From positions 672,001 to 736,000 of the forward strand of contig OY781089.1 in NCBI GenBank assembly GCA_963676565.1: 64,000 nt of DNA. Reading direction: 5' to 3'. The position numbers and the translations under genes were made by a program. This DNA is from Halarcobacter sp. (GTDB lineage: Bacteria > Campylobacterota > Campylobacteria > Campylobacterales > Arcobacteraceae). Positions 29,018 through 37,693 of the stretch are shown here, one piece after another (position 1 is the first letter of the stretch; the number at the start of each line of letters is the position of its first letter). The notes under the pieces are model-generated. The model saw nothing but the letters and a program-made list of their open reading frames with translations, ran no database searches and had not been told where the DNA came from.

Positions 29018-29985
29018 AATATAAATATCCTAACTCTTTCATCAATGATTTTTTGCATAGTGTCTGCAATCATTGTATATGTTCCAGTACTTGCAATAGA
29101 ACATCCAACACATGCACCTTGATAAGCTAATCTAATCTCAACTTCTGGCTCGCTTATATAATCAATTAAAACAATATTTCCACCATCTTTTAGAAGTATT
29201 GGTCTAACAAATCTATCTAAGGCATCGTTTATAATTTCTAATTGTTTTTCTTTTGTTTGCGCTCTAAAATCTGTATTTAATTCGCAGGCATCATTTAAAG
29301 GTTTGTCCATCCCTGTTAATTGTACATTTGCCATAGCATGACCATTTTGTGCAGCCTTTAACATACAATCAAATCCCTCTTTAACTAAATCAAGTTTTGT
29401 TCTATCTTGTAGTAAAATTAAGGCTAATCTAAAACAAGCTTGCGTATGGTTTTTAGCTACGGCCCTTCTAAAGTAGTCAATAGCTTTATTTAAATCTTCT
29501 TCTACCCCAATTTTTGTTTGATACATTAAAGCTAAGTTGAAATTTGCTGAGTCATTATCGTATTTACTCGCTTCTTCAAACCACTCTTTTGCTTTTGTAT
29601 AATCTTTTTGAACACCTTCACCTTTTAGATACATTAATCCAAGGTTTGCCATTGCTCTATCACTTTTTGTTTTTGCTTCCTCTTTCCAAATAGAAAGTGC
29701 TGTATCAAAATCTTTACTTTTGTATGCAGCTAATGCTTCTTTGTGTCTCATAAAATTTCTTCCTTCCCCTGGATTTGGAAGTTCTTTCCCCATCTCCAGT
29801 TGTTTATATATATGTTCTATTAAAAACTTATGGGCAAGTTCAACTGCTTCTTCGTAATCTTCACTTGCTGCTTTAATATCAAAATCTAAAAATTCAACTA
29901 AAAATGCATCACCAAGTTCATTTTCCCCACTATAACACTCAAAGGGATAATCTAAAGATGCATAATATTTTAAATCTTTTTCCAA
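29014..29985 (-). CDS. fusion: HicB-like N-domain + Sel1 repeats + NifU C-terminal (Nfu) domain
   Basis: FLVEFLDF...EDYEEAVELA...GKELPNP; NLGLMYLKGEGVQKDYTKAKEWFEEA repeats; VRPILLKDGGN...GACVGC. Confidence 0.78.
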   Translation of the reverse strand: MEKDLKYYASLDYPFECYSGENELGDAFLVEFLDFDIKAASEDYEEAVELAHKFLIEHIYKQLEMGKELPNPGEGRNFMRHKEALAAYKSKDFDTALSIWKEEAKTKSDRAMANLGLMYLKGEGVQKDYTKAKEWFEEASKYDNDSANFNLALMYQTKIGVEEDLNKAIDYFRRAVAKNHTQACFRLALILLQDRTKLDLVKEGFDCMLKAAQNGHAMANVQLTGMDKPLNDACELNTDFRAQTKEKQLEIINDALDRFVRPILLKDGGNIVLIDYISEPEVEIRLAYQGACVGCSIASTGTYTMIADTMQKIIDERVRIFIL

Positions 29986-29993
29986 AATAGTTC

Positions 29994-30374
29994 CTAAAAT
30001 TCTAATGGTTTATGTTCTAGTCTATCTTCCATACTAATAAGCTCTCTAAAAGGCCTTGGTTGATTCTCAGGAGAGAATATACCTTTTTTCTTATGAACTC
30101 TGATTTTATAAGTTCCTTCCTCATGGCCACTTAAATAGTAGTCATTAAACTCTTGAGTATAAGGCATATCCCAAGCTATAGCTCCTGGTGTAGGACAAAC
30201 GTCAAAACATTTTGGTACAGAACAATCTACACACTCTATACACTTTTCAGGTTTTACATATACATATTCTGCATCTTCAATGGGTGAATCATCTGCACTT
30301 ACAATCGCCGTTGCAGGGCATTCATCAACACATGAATCACAACTGATACATTCATCTGTAATAACTACTGCCAT
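29994..30374 (-). CDS. 2[4Fe-4S] ferredoxin (FdxN-like) with C-terminal extension
   Basis: CISCDSCVDECP and CIEC...CFDVCP. Confidence 0.88.
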   Translation of the reverse strand: MAVVITDECISCDSCVDECPATAIVSADDSPIEDAEYVYVKPEKCIECVDCSVPKCFDVCPTPGAIAWDMPYTQEFNDYYLSGHEEGTYKIRVHKKKGIFSPENQPRPFRELISMEDRLEHKPLEF

Positions 30375-30377
30375 ATT

Positions 30378-30761
30378 TTACTCCTTAGAACCGCATGTGC
30401 AACTTGCACTACCTGAATCAAGTAGTGTTTTTGCATTATCCTTAGTTACAGCAATTGTTTCTTCATTTAAAAAGTTTTGGTAAATCTCATCAATTGAAAG
30501 AAAGTTCTTTTTTGAAGTGAATACTTTTACTTGCTCTTTATAAAGAGTATTAAATACACCTTCTCCCATATGATAAAAAATAGTGCTTGTAGCACCACTT
30601 TTTTTTACAAACATTGCTGTATCAGAACCGCTTCCACAACCATCATTTTTTTCAACTGTCATCTCTCCAGTTAAAGTATTTAAAAATGCAAAAAATGGTG
30701 CATTCCCATATAAATCTGAAATAGTTGTAGAACTACTTTTACTAAGTGGTATTGCTAACAT
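30378..30761 (-). CDS. NifB/NifX-family (FeMo-co-binding fold) protein
   Basis: LAIP...YGNAPFF...MGEG pattern; Cys-containing tail. Confidence 0.72.
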   Translation of the reverse strand: MLAIPLSKSSSTTISDLYGNAPFFAFLNTLTGEMTVEKNDGCGSGSDTAMFVKKSGATSTIFYHMGEGVFNTLYKEQVKVFTSKKNFLSIDEIYQNFLNEETIAVTKDNAKTLLDSGSASCTCGSKE

Positions 30762-30795
30762 TTTCTTCTCCTAAGCAATTATCTTATGAAGTTAT

Positions 30796-30812
30796 ATGCA
30801 AAAACTGTTCCG
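30796..30812 (-). promoter_or_regulatory. sigma54 promoter of the NifX-like-ferredoxin-Nfu-fprA operon
   Basis: Minus strand cGG-AACAGTTTTT-GCat. Confidence 0.82.
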
Positions 30813-30834
30813 TAATTTATAAAAAACATTTAAA

Positions 30835-30851
30835 GGGAATAGAACTTGCAT
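30835..30851 (+). promoter_or_regulatory. sigma54 promoter of nifE
   Basis: gGG-AATAGAACTT-GCat. Confidence 0.78.
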
Positions 30852-30905
30852 AGGTTAAGGAATAAAAAGCTAGCTGAAGGAGTAACCTTCTGTAAGGAGT
30901 AGACA

Positions 30906-32246
30906 ATGGTAAATAAAAAACTAATTAGAGAACTATTAAGTGAAACTGCATGTTCACACAATAAGACTAAAAAATCTTCATGTGATAAACCAAAACCAGG
31001 GGCAACTTCTGGTGGTTGCGCCTTTGAAGGTGCTCAAATTGCATTATTTCCATATGCTGATGTTGTTCATCTTGTTCACTCCCCTTCAACTTGTATTGGT
31101 GCATCTTGGGAAACGAGACAAACTTTAACTTCCCACAAAGGGGAAAATAATACTGTAACAGGATATACAACAGATGTTAGTACAAATGATGTAATTTTTG
31201 GGGGAGATAAAAAATTAGAAGACTCAATTAATTATATAGTAGAACATAAAAATCCTAAGGGAATTTTTGTATATGAAACCTGCGTTACTGCAATGATAGG
31301 TGATGATATCGATAATGTTTGCAATAGAATGGAAACAAAACATGGCATACCTATTGTAGTTATTCACTCTCCTGGATTTGTAGGAGGTAAAAACTTAGGT
31401 TCAAGGCTTGGAGGTGAGTCTGTGCTTCATCAACTAATAGGAACAAAAGAACCTGAAGAGATACACCCATTTGGTATAAATTTAATAGGTGAATATAATG
31501 TAACAGGAGATATGTGGCAATATACTCCAATTTTGGAAAAAATAGGTATCAAAATTGTTTCAACTTTAGCTGGAGATGGAAGAATTGAAAATATACAGAT
31601 GGCACATACTGCAAAATTGAATGTAATTGTTTGTGCTAAATCATTAATTAGTTTAACAAGAAAAATGCAAGAAAAATATGAAATCCCATATATATCTATT
31701 TCTTTTTACGGGAAAAGGGATACTACAAATGCTATTAGAAGTATTGTAAATGCCTTTGGAGATGAAGAATTAACTGCAAGGGCAGAGAAAGTAATCGCTG
31801 AAGAAGAAGCAAAATTAGAAGAAGCCTTAATCCCATATAGAAAAATACTTGAAGGGAAAAAAGCTATTTTAAATACAGGTGGAAATAAAACTTGGTCTAT
31901 AGCTTCAGCCTTACAAGATATTGGTATTGATGTTGTTGCAACAAGTGTAAAAAAAGCAACCTTAGAAGATAAAGAGATTTGTGCAAAATATGTTGATATT
32001 TTGATGACAGATCCAGGAACTGAACAAGCAAAGTTAATTGATGAGCATAATGTTGATATTTTATTAGCAGGAGGAAGAAGTTTATATACTGCTATTAAGA
32101 AAAAAGTTTCCTTTGTAGATGTTAATCAAGAGAAAAAAGTTAGTTATGGGGCATATGCGGGATTAATTAATCTTGCAAAAGATGTTTCCGATGCAGTAAA
32201 CAATAGAGTTTTTAAAATAGTTGCAAATCCAGAGCCTTGGAAATAA
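30906..32246 (+). CDS. nifE: FeMo-co scaffold subunit NifE
   Basis: GGCAFEGAQ, TCVTAMIGDD, KNLGSRL, NLIGEYNVTGD, DVNQE. Confidence 0.94.
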   Translation: MVNKKLIRELLSETACSHNKTKKSSCDKPKPGATSGGCAFEGAQIALFPYADVVHLVHSPSTCIGASWETRQTLTSHKGENNTVTGYTTDVSTNDVIFGGDKKLEDSINYIVEHKNPKGIFVYETCVTAMIGDDIDNVCNRMETKHGIPIVVIHSPGFVGGKNLGSRLGGESVLHQLIGTKEPEEIHPFGINLIGEYNVTGDMWQYTPILEKIGIKIVSTLAGDGRIENIQMAHTAKLNVIVCAKSLISLTRKMQEKYEIPYISISFYGKRDTTNAIRSIVNAFGDEELTARAEKVIAEEEAKLEEALIPYRKILEGKKAILNTGGNKTWSIASALQDIGIDVVATSVKKATLEDKEICAKYVDILMTDPGTEQAKLIDEHNVDILLAGGRSLYTAIKKKVSFVDVNQEKKVSYGAYAGLINLAKDVSDAVNNRVFKIVANPEPWK

Positions 32247-32311
32247 GCCTTTATCCATAAATACTTTCTTTAAAAGAATCTCGTTATAATTATTCTTTTA
32301 AAAGGAAGACC

Positions 32312-33337
32312 TTGGAAGTCACTAGTGTAAAAAACTATTTTTTCTATTTTGCAAGTTTAGTATTAATATTAGCAGGGATAAAAGCTGCAGCAGAAATAGT
32401 GATTATCCTTTTCTTGGCAATTTTTATTGCATCAATTATCTCAACATTTATTATTTTCCTTGAAAAAAAACATATACCAAAGATAATAGCTTATCTTTTT
32501 GTATTAGGTGGTTTTGTATTACTTACTATTCTTCTAGGGTATGTTTTAAATATCTCTTTAAAAGATTTTATATCAAATTTACCCCAATATGAAAAACAGC
32601 TACAAGCTTTAGTTGTAAAAGGGATTGCCTTTGCTGAAAACTATGGTTATGAGATTGATAAAAATACTATTTTAGATGCTTTAAGTCTTAATTCTTTTTT
32701 TGGGATTACAACAAATTTAATTGGTAGTATAGGAACTTTTCTTTCTAAATTTTTATTGATTATTATTGGAATTGCTTTTATTTTAGCAGAAGCTAAATCT
32801 TTTGAAAAAAAATTAAAAGTAATTTATGATAGGGATAGAAAAAAATTAGAACACTTTAAACTTTTTTCATCAAATATTCAAAAATACTTCTCTGTTAAAA
32901 CAACAACAAGTTTCTTTACGGGCTTTCTTGTAACAATAGTTTTAATGTATTTTGATATTGAGTATCCAATTTTATGGGGTGTAATTGCGATGCTTTTTAA
33001 TTTTGTTCCAGTTGTTGGTTCAATTATTGCAGCAATACCAGCTATTCTTCTATCTTTAGTTGGTGGGGATTTAAATACAACATTAATTTTAATTGTTTTA
33101 TATGTCTGTATCAATGTGGGTATTAGTAACATTATAGAGCCAAAATTTATGGGAAAAGAGTTAGGTCTTTCGCCAATGGTGATTTTCTTCTCACTTATTT
33201 TATGGGGATGGGTTTTAGGACTAGTTGGAATGTTCTTAGCTGTTCCAATTACTATGACATTAAAAATAGCTTTTGATTCAGATAAATCAACTAAATGGAT
33301 ATCTTTATTAATGTCAAATGTTGGAAGTAGAAAATAG
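32312..33337 (+). CDS. AI-2E family transporter
   Basis: NFVPVVGS, EPKFMG..LGLSP, GMFLAVP. Confidence 0.9.
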   Translation: MEVTSVKNYFFYFASLVLILAGIKAAAEIVIILFLAIFIASIISTFIIFLEKKHIPKIIAYLFVLGGFVLLTILLGYVLNISLKDFISNLPQYEKQLQALVVKGIAFAENYGYEIDKNTILDALSLNSFFGITTNLIGSIGTFLSKFLLIIIGIAFILAEAKSFEKKLKVIYDRDRKKLEHFKLFSSNIQKYFSVKTTTSFFTGFLVTIVLMYFDIEYPILWGVIAMLFNFVPVVGSIIAAIPAILLSLVGGDLNTTLILIVLYVCINVGISNIIEPKFMGKELGLSPMVIFFSLILWGWVLGLVGMFLAVPITMTLKIAFDSDKSTKWISLLMSNVGSRK

Positions 33338-33381
33338 TTTTAATCTTTTTTAACCTTTCTACATAATCTCTCTAGACATAT

Positions 33382-33448
33382 CAATAATAATTATCAAAAT
33401 TAGTATATTTTAAGTTTTAAGTCGATAATATTTTGATATCTATTATCA
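33382..33448 (+). promoter_or_regulatory. two Fur-box-like sites
   Basis: CAATAATAATTATCA 33382-33396 and TGATATCTATTATCA 33434-33448 versus the 7-1-7 consensus TGATAATnATTATCA. Confidence 0.6.
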
Positions 33449-33461
33449 AAAAGGAGAAGAG

Positions 33462-33632
33462 ATGTCAGAATTATTGATAAAAAGGGAAATAAGAAAGATG
33501 TTGAGAAGTTCGGGACAAGATGTAAATCATAAAATGGTATGTCCTATTCTAAAACTATTTAAAATGAAATATGGAGAAGTTGATAAACAACATATTTCGT
33601 CAATTGCCGTTAAACTTATTAATGAGTATTAA
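33462..33632 (+). CDS. unannotated 56-aa protein
   Basis: AAGGAG RBS; MSELLIKREIRKMLRSSGQDVNHKMVCPILKLFKMKYGEVDKQHISSIAVKLINEY. Confidence 0.65.
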   Translation: MSELLIKREIRKMLRSSGQDVNHKMVCPILKLFKMKYGEVDKQHISSIAVKLINEY

Positions 33633-33730
33633 AATGGAAGAAAATGAAAAATTAGATATTAATGTACTTCAGAAAAGATTTAATGAATTAAAAAAAGAAG
33701 TTATTAAGAACACCCAAAATCCATCTTTAA

Positions 33731-34117
33731 TTAATCTTTTTTTGTAACTAAAGATAGATTATTTAAATCATATTTTTGTAGAGTATCAAGTATTTTTACA
33801 ACTCTTTGATACTCTACATTTTTATCAATTCTAACTATTATGGTTCTTTTTTTATTATCAATTTTAGATAACTGTTTATCAAAATCTTCTAAAGAAATCT
33901 CTTCCCCAAACAAAGCTAATTTATCACTGCTTAGTTCTATGAAAATCTCTTTTTCTTTTATCTCTAAAGCTTGTGCCTGTGAACTTGGTAAATCTAAAAC
34001 CAAGGCAAGCTCCTCTTTTTTAAAAACAGAAGATACAATAAAAAAAATCAATAAAATAAAAACAACATCAATTAATGGGGTCAAATCAGGGGTGATTGTT
34101 TCTCTTTTTGTTCTCAT
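33731..34117 (-). CDS. exbD: biopolymer transport protein ExbD
   Basis: DLTPLIDVVFILLIFF. Confidence 0.92.
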   Translation of the reverse strand: MRTKRETITPDLTPLIDVVFILLIFFIVSSVFKKEELALVLDLPSSQAQALEIKEKEIFIELSSDKLALFGEEISLEDFDKQLSKIDNKKRTIIVRIDKNVEYQRVVKILDTLQKYDLNNLSLVTKKD

Positions 34118-34650
34118 AATTTTGAAATAACTCTCTCTTCAATTTTATGTTCTATATTATCGATAAAACCAACTAAGTAGTTATATCCAATATAATGGGG
34201 GATTGAAACAATTAAACCAGCGACTGTTGTAATAAGTGCAACTGAAATACCTGTTGAGAAAATAGAAGGATCCCCAAGTCCAGATTTAGAAATGGCATCA
34301 AAAGAGTTTAAAACACCAACCACAGTTCCAAGTAATCCTAACAAAGGTGAAATTGAAGCAATTATTTTTACAGTATTTAATCCACTTTCAAGACCACTAA
34401 GATATTTATTTAAAGCATTTTGAATAGTTTTTTCTTCAAATCTTTTATCATTGTTTTCTAACTGTTGTACTATTTTTTGTGCTGTTGCTTCTTTTCTTAG
34501 TTTTGCTATCATTATTATTAAAAACTTCCATAACATAATAGAAAATCCAATAATATTTAATCCAATTAGGATATAAACTATAATCCCACCTCTATTGATG
34601 TAATCTATCAAATTTAATTCATTTACGTGATTTATTAAGCTAATTAACAT
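34114..34650 (-). CDS. exbB: MotA/TolQ/ExbB proton channel
   Basis: SPLLGLLGTV.G, GISVALITTVAGL. Confidence 0.9.
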   Translation of the reverse strand: MLISLINHVNELNLIDYINRGGIIVYILIGLNIIGFSIMLWKFLIIMIAKLRKEATAQKIVQQLENNDKRFEEKTIQNALNKYLSGLESGLNTVKIIASISPLLGLLGTVVGVLNSFDAISKSGLGDPSIFSTGISVALITTVAGLIVSIPHYIGYNYLVGFIDNIEHKIEERVISKL

Positions 34651-34657
34651 ATTTCTC

Positions 34658-35344
34658 CTATGCTCTTAAAATTTTATAACTTATGGGTATCTCTATTACC
34701 CATTTATTTTTTCCCAATTCATCGGGAATTTGTTCAAACCTTGAAATATTGTTTAAAAGTTCAAGGGCTGCTTTATTTAATTTTTTATATTTTGAACTAT
34801 CTTTTAAAGAGATATTTTTAAAAGTTCCCTCTTTTGTTATTAGGAATGAGACAATAACTCTTCCTTGCTGTTTAAGTCTTTTTGCACTTTTAGGATAGAT
34901 CTTTTTATCCTCAATTAAACTTCTTAATCTATTTAAGTACTTATTTTTAATAACATTAAGCTCTTCAACTGAAACCATCTTCTCAACTTTTTTAGGCTTT
35001 ATAATCTTTTTTGTAACTTGTGGTTGAACTTTTGGAGTTGTTTTTTTTACAACTTTTTTATTGTTTTCTTTCTTTTTTATCTCTTTTTTTACAATTTTCT
35101 TTTTTGTTTTTTTCACAACTTTCTTAAGAACTTTTTGTTTAACAACTTTTTTTACTTCTTTTTTTTGCTCTACTTTTTTCACCTCAGGTTTTTTTAAAAT
35201 CACATTTTGTAGTGAAATCTTTTGTACTGTTTGAGGTTGTGTAACTACGACTTTTTCTATCCTCCTTTCTGTAGATGCAAATAAAGTAAAATGGAGAAAC
35301 AAAATAAAAAATACTGATGTAACCATTAGAAATTTATTTAACAT
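34658..35344 (-). CDS. tonB: energy transducer TonB
   Basis: TM helix with His, Lys/Val-rich linker, YPKSAKRLKQQGRV C-terminal domain. Confidence 0.88.
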   Translation of the reverse strand: MLNKFLMVTSVFFILFLHFTLFASTERRIEKVVVTQPQTVQKISLQNVILKKPEVKKVEQKKEVKKVVKQKVLKKVVKKTKKKIVKKEIKKKENNKKVVKKTTPKVQPQVTKKIIKPKKVEKMVSVEELNVIKNKYLNRLRSLIEDKKIYPKSAKRLKQQGRVIVSFLITKEGTFKNISLKDSSKYKKLNKAALELLNNISRFEQIPDELGKNKWVIEIPISYKILRA

Positions 35345-35365
35345 TTTGGAATTTTATATCAATAT

Positions 35366-35424
35366 TGATAATAGTTATCTTAATTGTAATAGAATTTATA
35401 GTATTTTCGATAATCATTATCATT
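35366..35424. promoter_or_regulatory. Fur boxes in the divergent tonB / hemP-receptor promoter region
   Basis: TGATAATAGTTATCT 35366-35380; CGATAATCATTATCATT 35408-35424. Confidence 0.8.
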
Positions 35425-35499
35425 GTTAATATAAAATTAAGATTTTTCTGTTAATATTCCGTTGGTTTTTAATTCAATTTCATTTAATATCGGAGAAAA

Positions 35500-35622
35500 A
35501 TGGGTAAAAATATTGATAGCAAAGAGATTTTTAAAGATAAAAATACAGTAATAATTGTTCATGATGGACAACAATACTATCTACGAATTACAAAATCAAA
35601 CAAATTAATTTTAACTAAATAA
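35500..35622 (+). CDS. hemP: hemin uptake protein HemP/HmuP (40 aa, missed by the ORF track)
   Basis: MGKNIDSKEIFKDKNTVIIVHDGQQYYLRITKSNKLILTK, ending in the family's Y.LR.T...KLILTK; GGAG RBS. Confidence 0.88.
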   Translation: MGKNIDSKEIFKDKNTVIIVHDGQQYYLRITKSNKLILTK

Positions 35623-35680
35623 AAAACTAGCCAGCCAATCTTAAATAGCCAGCAATAATATACACAATATAAGGATAAAT

Positions 35681-37678
35681 ATGGATATTAAGTTATCAAG
35701 ATTAACTGCTGCACTTTTAATTGCACAAGTTTCATTATTGGCAGAAAATACACAACTACAGGATTTAGAGGTGGTTACTTCAGCATTTGATGCACAAGTA
35801 AAATCAGTATCATCAAAACAACTTGAAGAGCAACAAGCAAGTGATATAAAAGATATTTTAAAATCACTTCCTAGTGTTATGGTAGATGGAAATGCTAGAT
35901 ATGGACAAAGGGTTTACGTAAGAGGTTTAGAAGATAAGTATGGAAATATTACTGTTGATGGAGCAAAACTTGGCGGGCAATTATTTCACCATTCAGGGGA
36001 TCAAACAATTGATGCTTCTCTTTTAAAAATCACATCTGTAGAACTTGGACCAAACTCTGCTCTTAGTGGAAGTGGTGTTATAAATGGTTCATTTGTTTAT
36101 GAAACAAAAGACCCAAGTGACTTTTTAAAAGAGGGTGAGAAATTTGGAGGGAAAGTTACTTTAGGATATCAATCTGGATATGAAAGAAAAAGTGGTACAG
36201 TCGCAGTATTTGGTAAGGTAAATGAAAAAATTGAATTTGTAGGAATTGGTACAATAGCTGCAGATGGTACACTAAGACTTGGAAATGGTGAAAAAGTAAA
36301 TTCTAAAGAGAGTAAATTAGAAAGTGGTTTAGCAAAACTTGTTTTTAAACCAAATGATTATAATAGTTTTAAACTATCATTTAATAAATATAAAGATGGT
36401 GGGAATAGACAATTAACTGGTGAAAAGATTGGTACTGATATTAATGATAACGATTATAATTCAATTTCAAGGGATACACTTACATTAAAATATAACTATA
36501 CTCCAGATAGTGAACTTGTAAATTTTGAAGCAAAGGTTTACACCAATAAACAATACCTTACAAGGGAAGCAACAACAGGTACAGATAGTACTTCAGGACT
36601 TACATATGAGGAGCCTGAAAGGGAAGATATAAATAGTTCTATGGGGTATGATTTTAGAAATAGTTCATTACTTGGAATTCATAAACTAACATATGGGACT
36701 GATTATACCCATGAAAAACAAGAGAAAAAAGCAGACTCATTAAGAGTTTATTCTGACTCATCTACAGAAGATTTAAATTTTGATGGAGGAGAAACTGATA
36801 ATTATGGTTTATATCTTGAAGATGAGATGGCTTATGATAAAATAACTTTAACTTTAGGTGCAAGATATGACCACTATAAATTAGGTGGTATTTATGATGG
36901 AACATTTAATCATCTATCTCCTAAAATGAAATTAAAATATCAGGCTACTGATAACTTATCTTTTAGAGCTGGTTATGGGCACATTTTTAAAGGTCCTGCA
37001 CTTAGTGAAACAATGTTGTTGTCTCCAACAGCAGTACAATCATCTAATACTAAAGCTCAAATAGGTAACAACTTTGAACTTGGATTTGATTACTCTTTAA
37101 CGAATACTTTAAATGCTGATGATGCAATTATTGGGTTTAATGTATACAGATATAATGTAGATAACTATTCTACACTTGCAAGAAATAGTGCTTTAGAGAG
37201 TCAAAGTGACGTTATAATTTGGGGAACAGAAACAATGTTTTCTTACCAAAAAGGAAAACTAGGTCTTAATGCAAGTCATACCTATACAGATGGAAGTCAA
37301 AAAGATTTAGCAACTGGGATTAGTTATGACCCAAAAACTGCAAAAATTCATGTATTTAAACTTGGAGCAAACTACAAAGTAACAAATGAATTTAAAGTAA
37401 ATTATAATGCTGAATTTGTACCTGGAAACAGTTGGATAAATTATTCATCAAGAAGTGGTCTTGTAACAGAGTATGATAGAAAAGCTTACGCAGTTCATGA
37501 TGTAAACTTCACATACAATCCAAATAGTATGAAAAACACTACATTTAACTTTGGTATTGGAAATATTTTTGATAAATCATATGTAAGACATAGTGCATTC
37601 CTTGCTCAATCATCAACAACTGACAAATCTTATGAAGTTGGAAGAAATTTTAAATTCCAAGTCTCTTATAGATTCTAA
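35681..37678 (+). CDS. TonB-dependent outer membrane receptor (heme/iron type)
   Basis: Signal peptide, plug (VRG...TVDG), NIFDKSY..H, GRNFK..VSYRF C-terminus. Confidence 0.88.
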   Translation: MDIKLSRLTAALLIAQVSLLAENTQLQDLEVVTSAFDAQVKSVSSKQLEEQQASDIKDILKSLPSVMVDGNARYGQRVYVRGLEDKYGNITVDGAKLGGQLFHHSGDQTIDASLLKITSVELGPNSALSGSGVINGSFVYETKDPSDFLKEGEKFGGKVTLGYQSGYERKSGTVAVFGKVNEKIEFVGIGTIAADGTLRLGNGEKVNSKESKLESGLAKLVFKPNDYNSFKLSFNKYKDGGNRQLTGEKIGTDINDNDYNSISRDTLTLKYNYTPDSELVNFEAKVYTNKQYLTREATTGTDSTSGLTYEEPEREDINSSMGYDFRNSSLLGIHKLTYGTDYTHEKQEKKADSLRVYSDSSTEDLNFDGGETDNYGLYLEDEMAYDKITLTLGARYDHYKLGGIYDGTFNHLSPKMKLKYQATDNLSFRAGYGHIFKGPALSETMLLSPTAVQSSNTKAQIGNNFELGFDYSLTNTLNADDAIIGFNVYRYNVDNYSTLARNSALESQSDVIIWGTETMFSYQKGKLGLNASHTYTDGSQKDLATGISYDPKTAKIHVFKLGANYKVTNEFKVNYNAEFVPGNSWINYSSRSGLVTEYDRKAYAVHDVNFTYNPNSMKNTTFNFGIGNIFDKSYVRHSAFLAQSSTTDKSYEVGRNFKFQVSYRF

Positions 37679-37693
37679 GAAATTGTACAAAGG

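Noticed and set aside
29760..29985. HicAB toxin-antitoxin module
   Set aside because: The HicB-like part is fused to Sel1/Nfu domains, with no DNA-binding domain and no hicA neighbour
34980..35200. Very T-rich low-complexity stretch
   Set aside because: Lys/Val-rich TonB linker read on the minus strand
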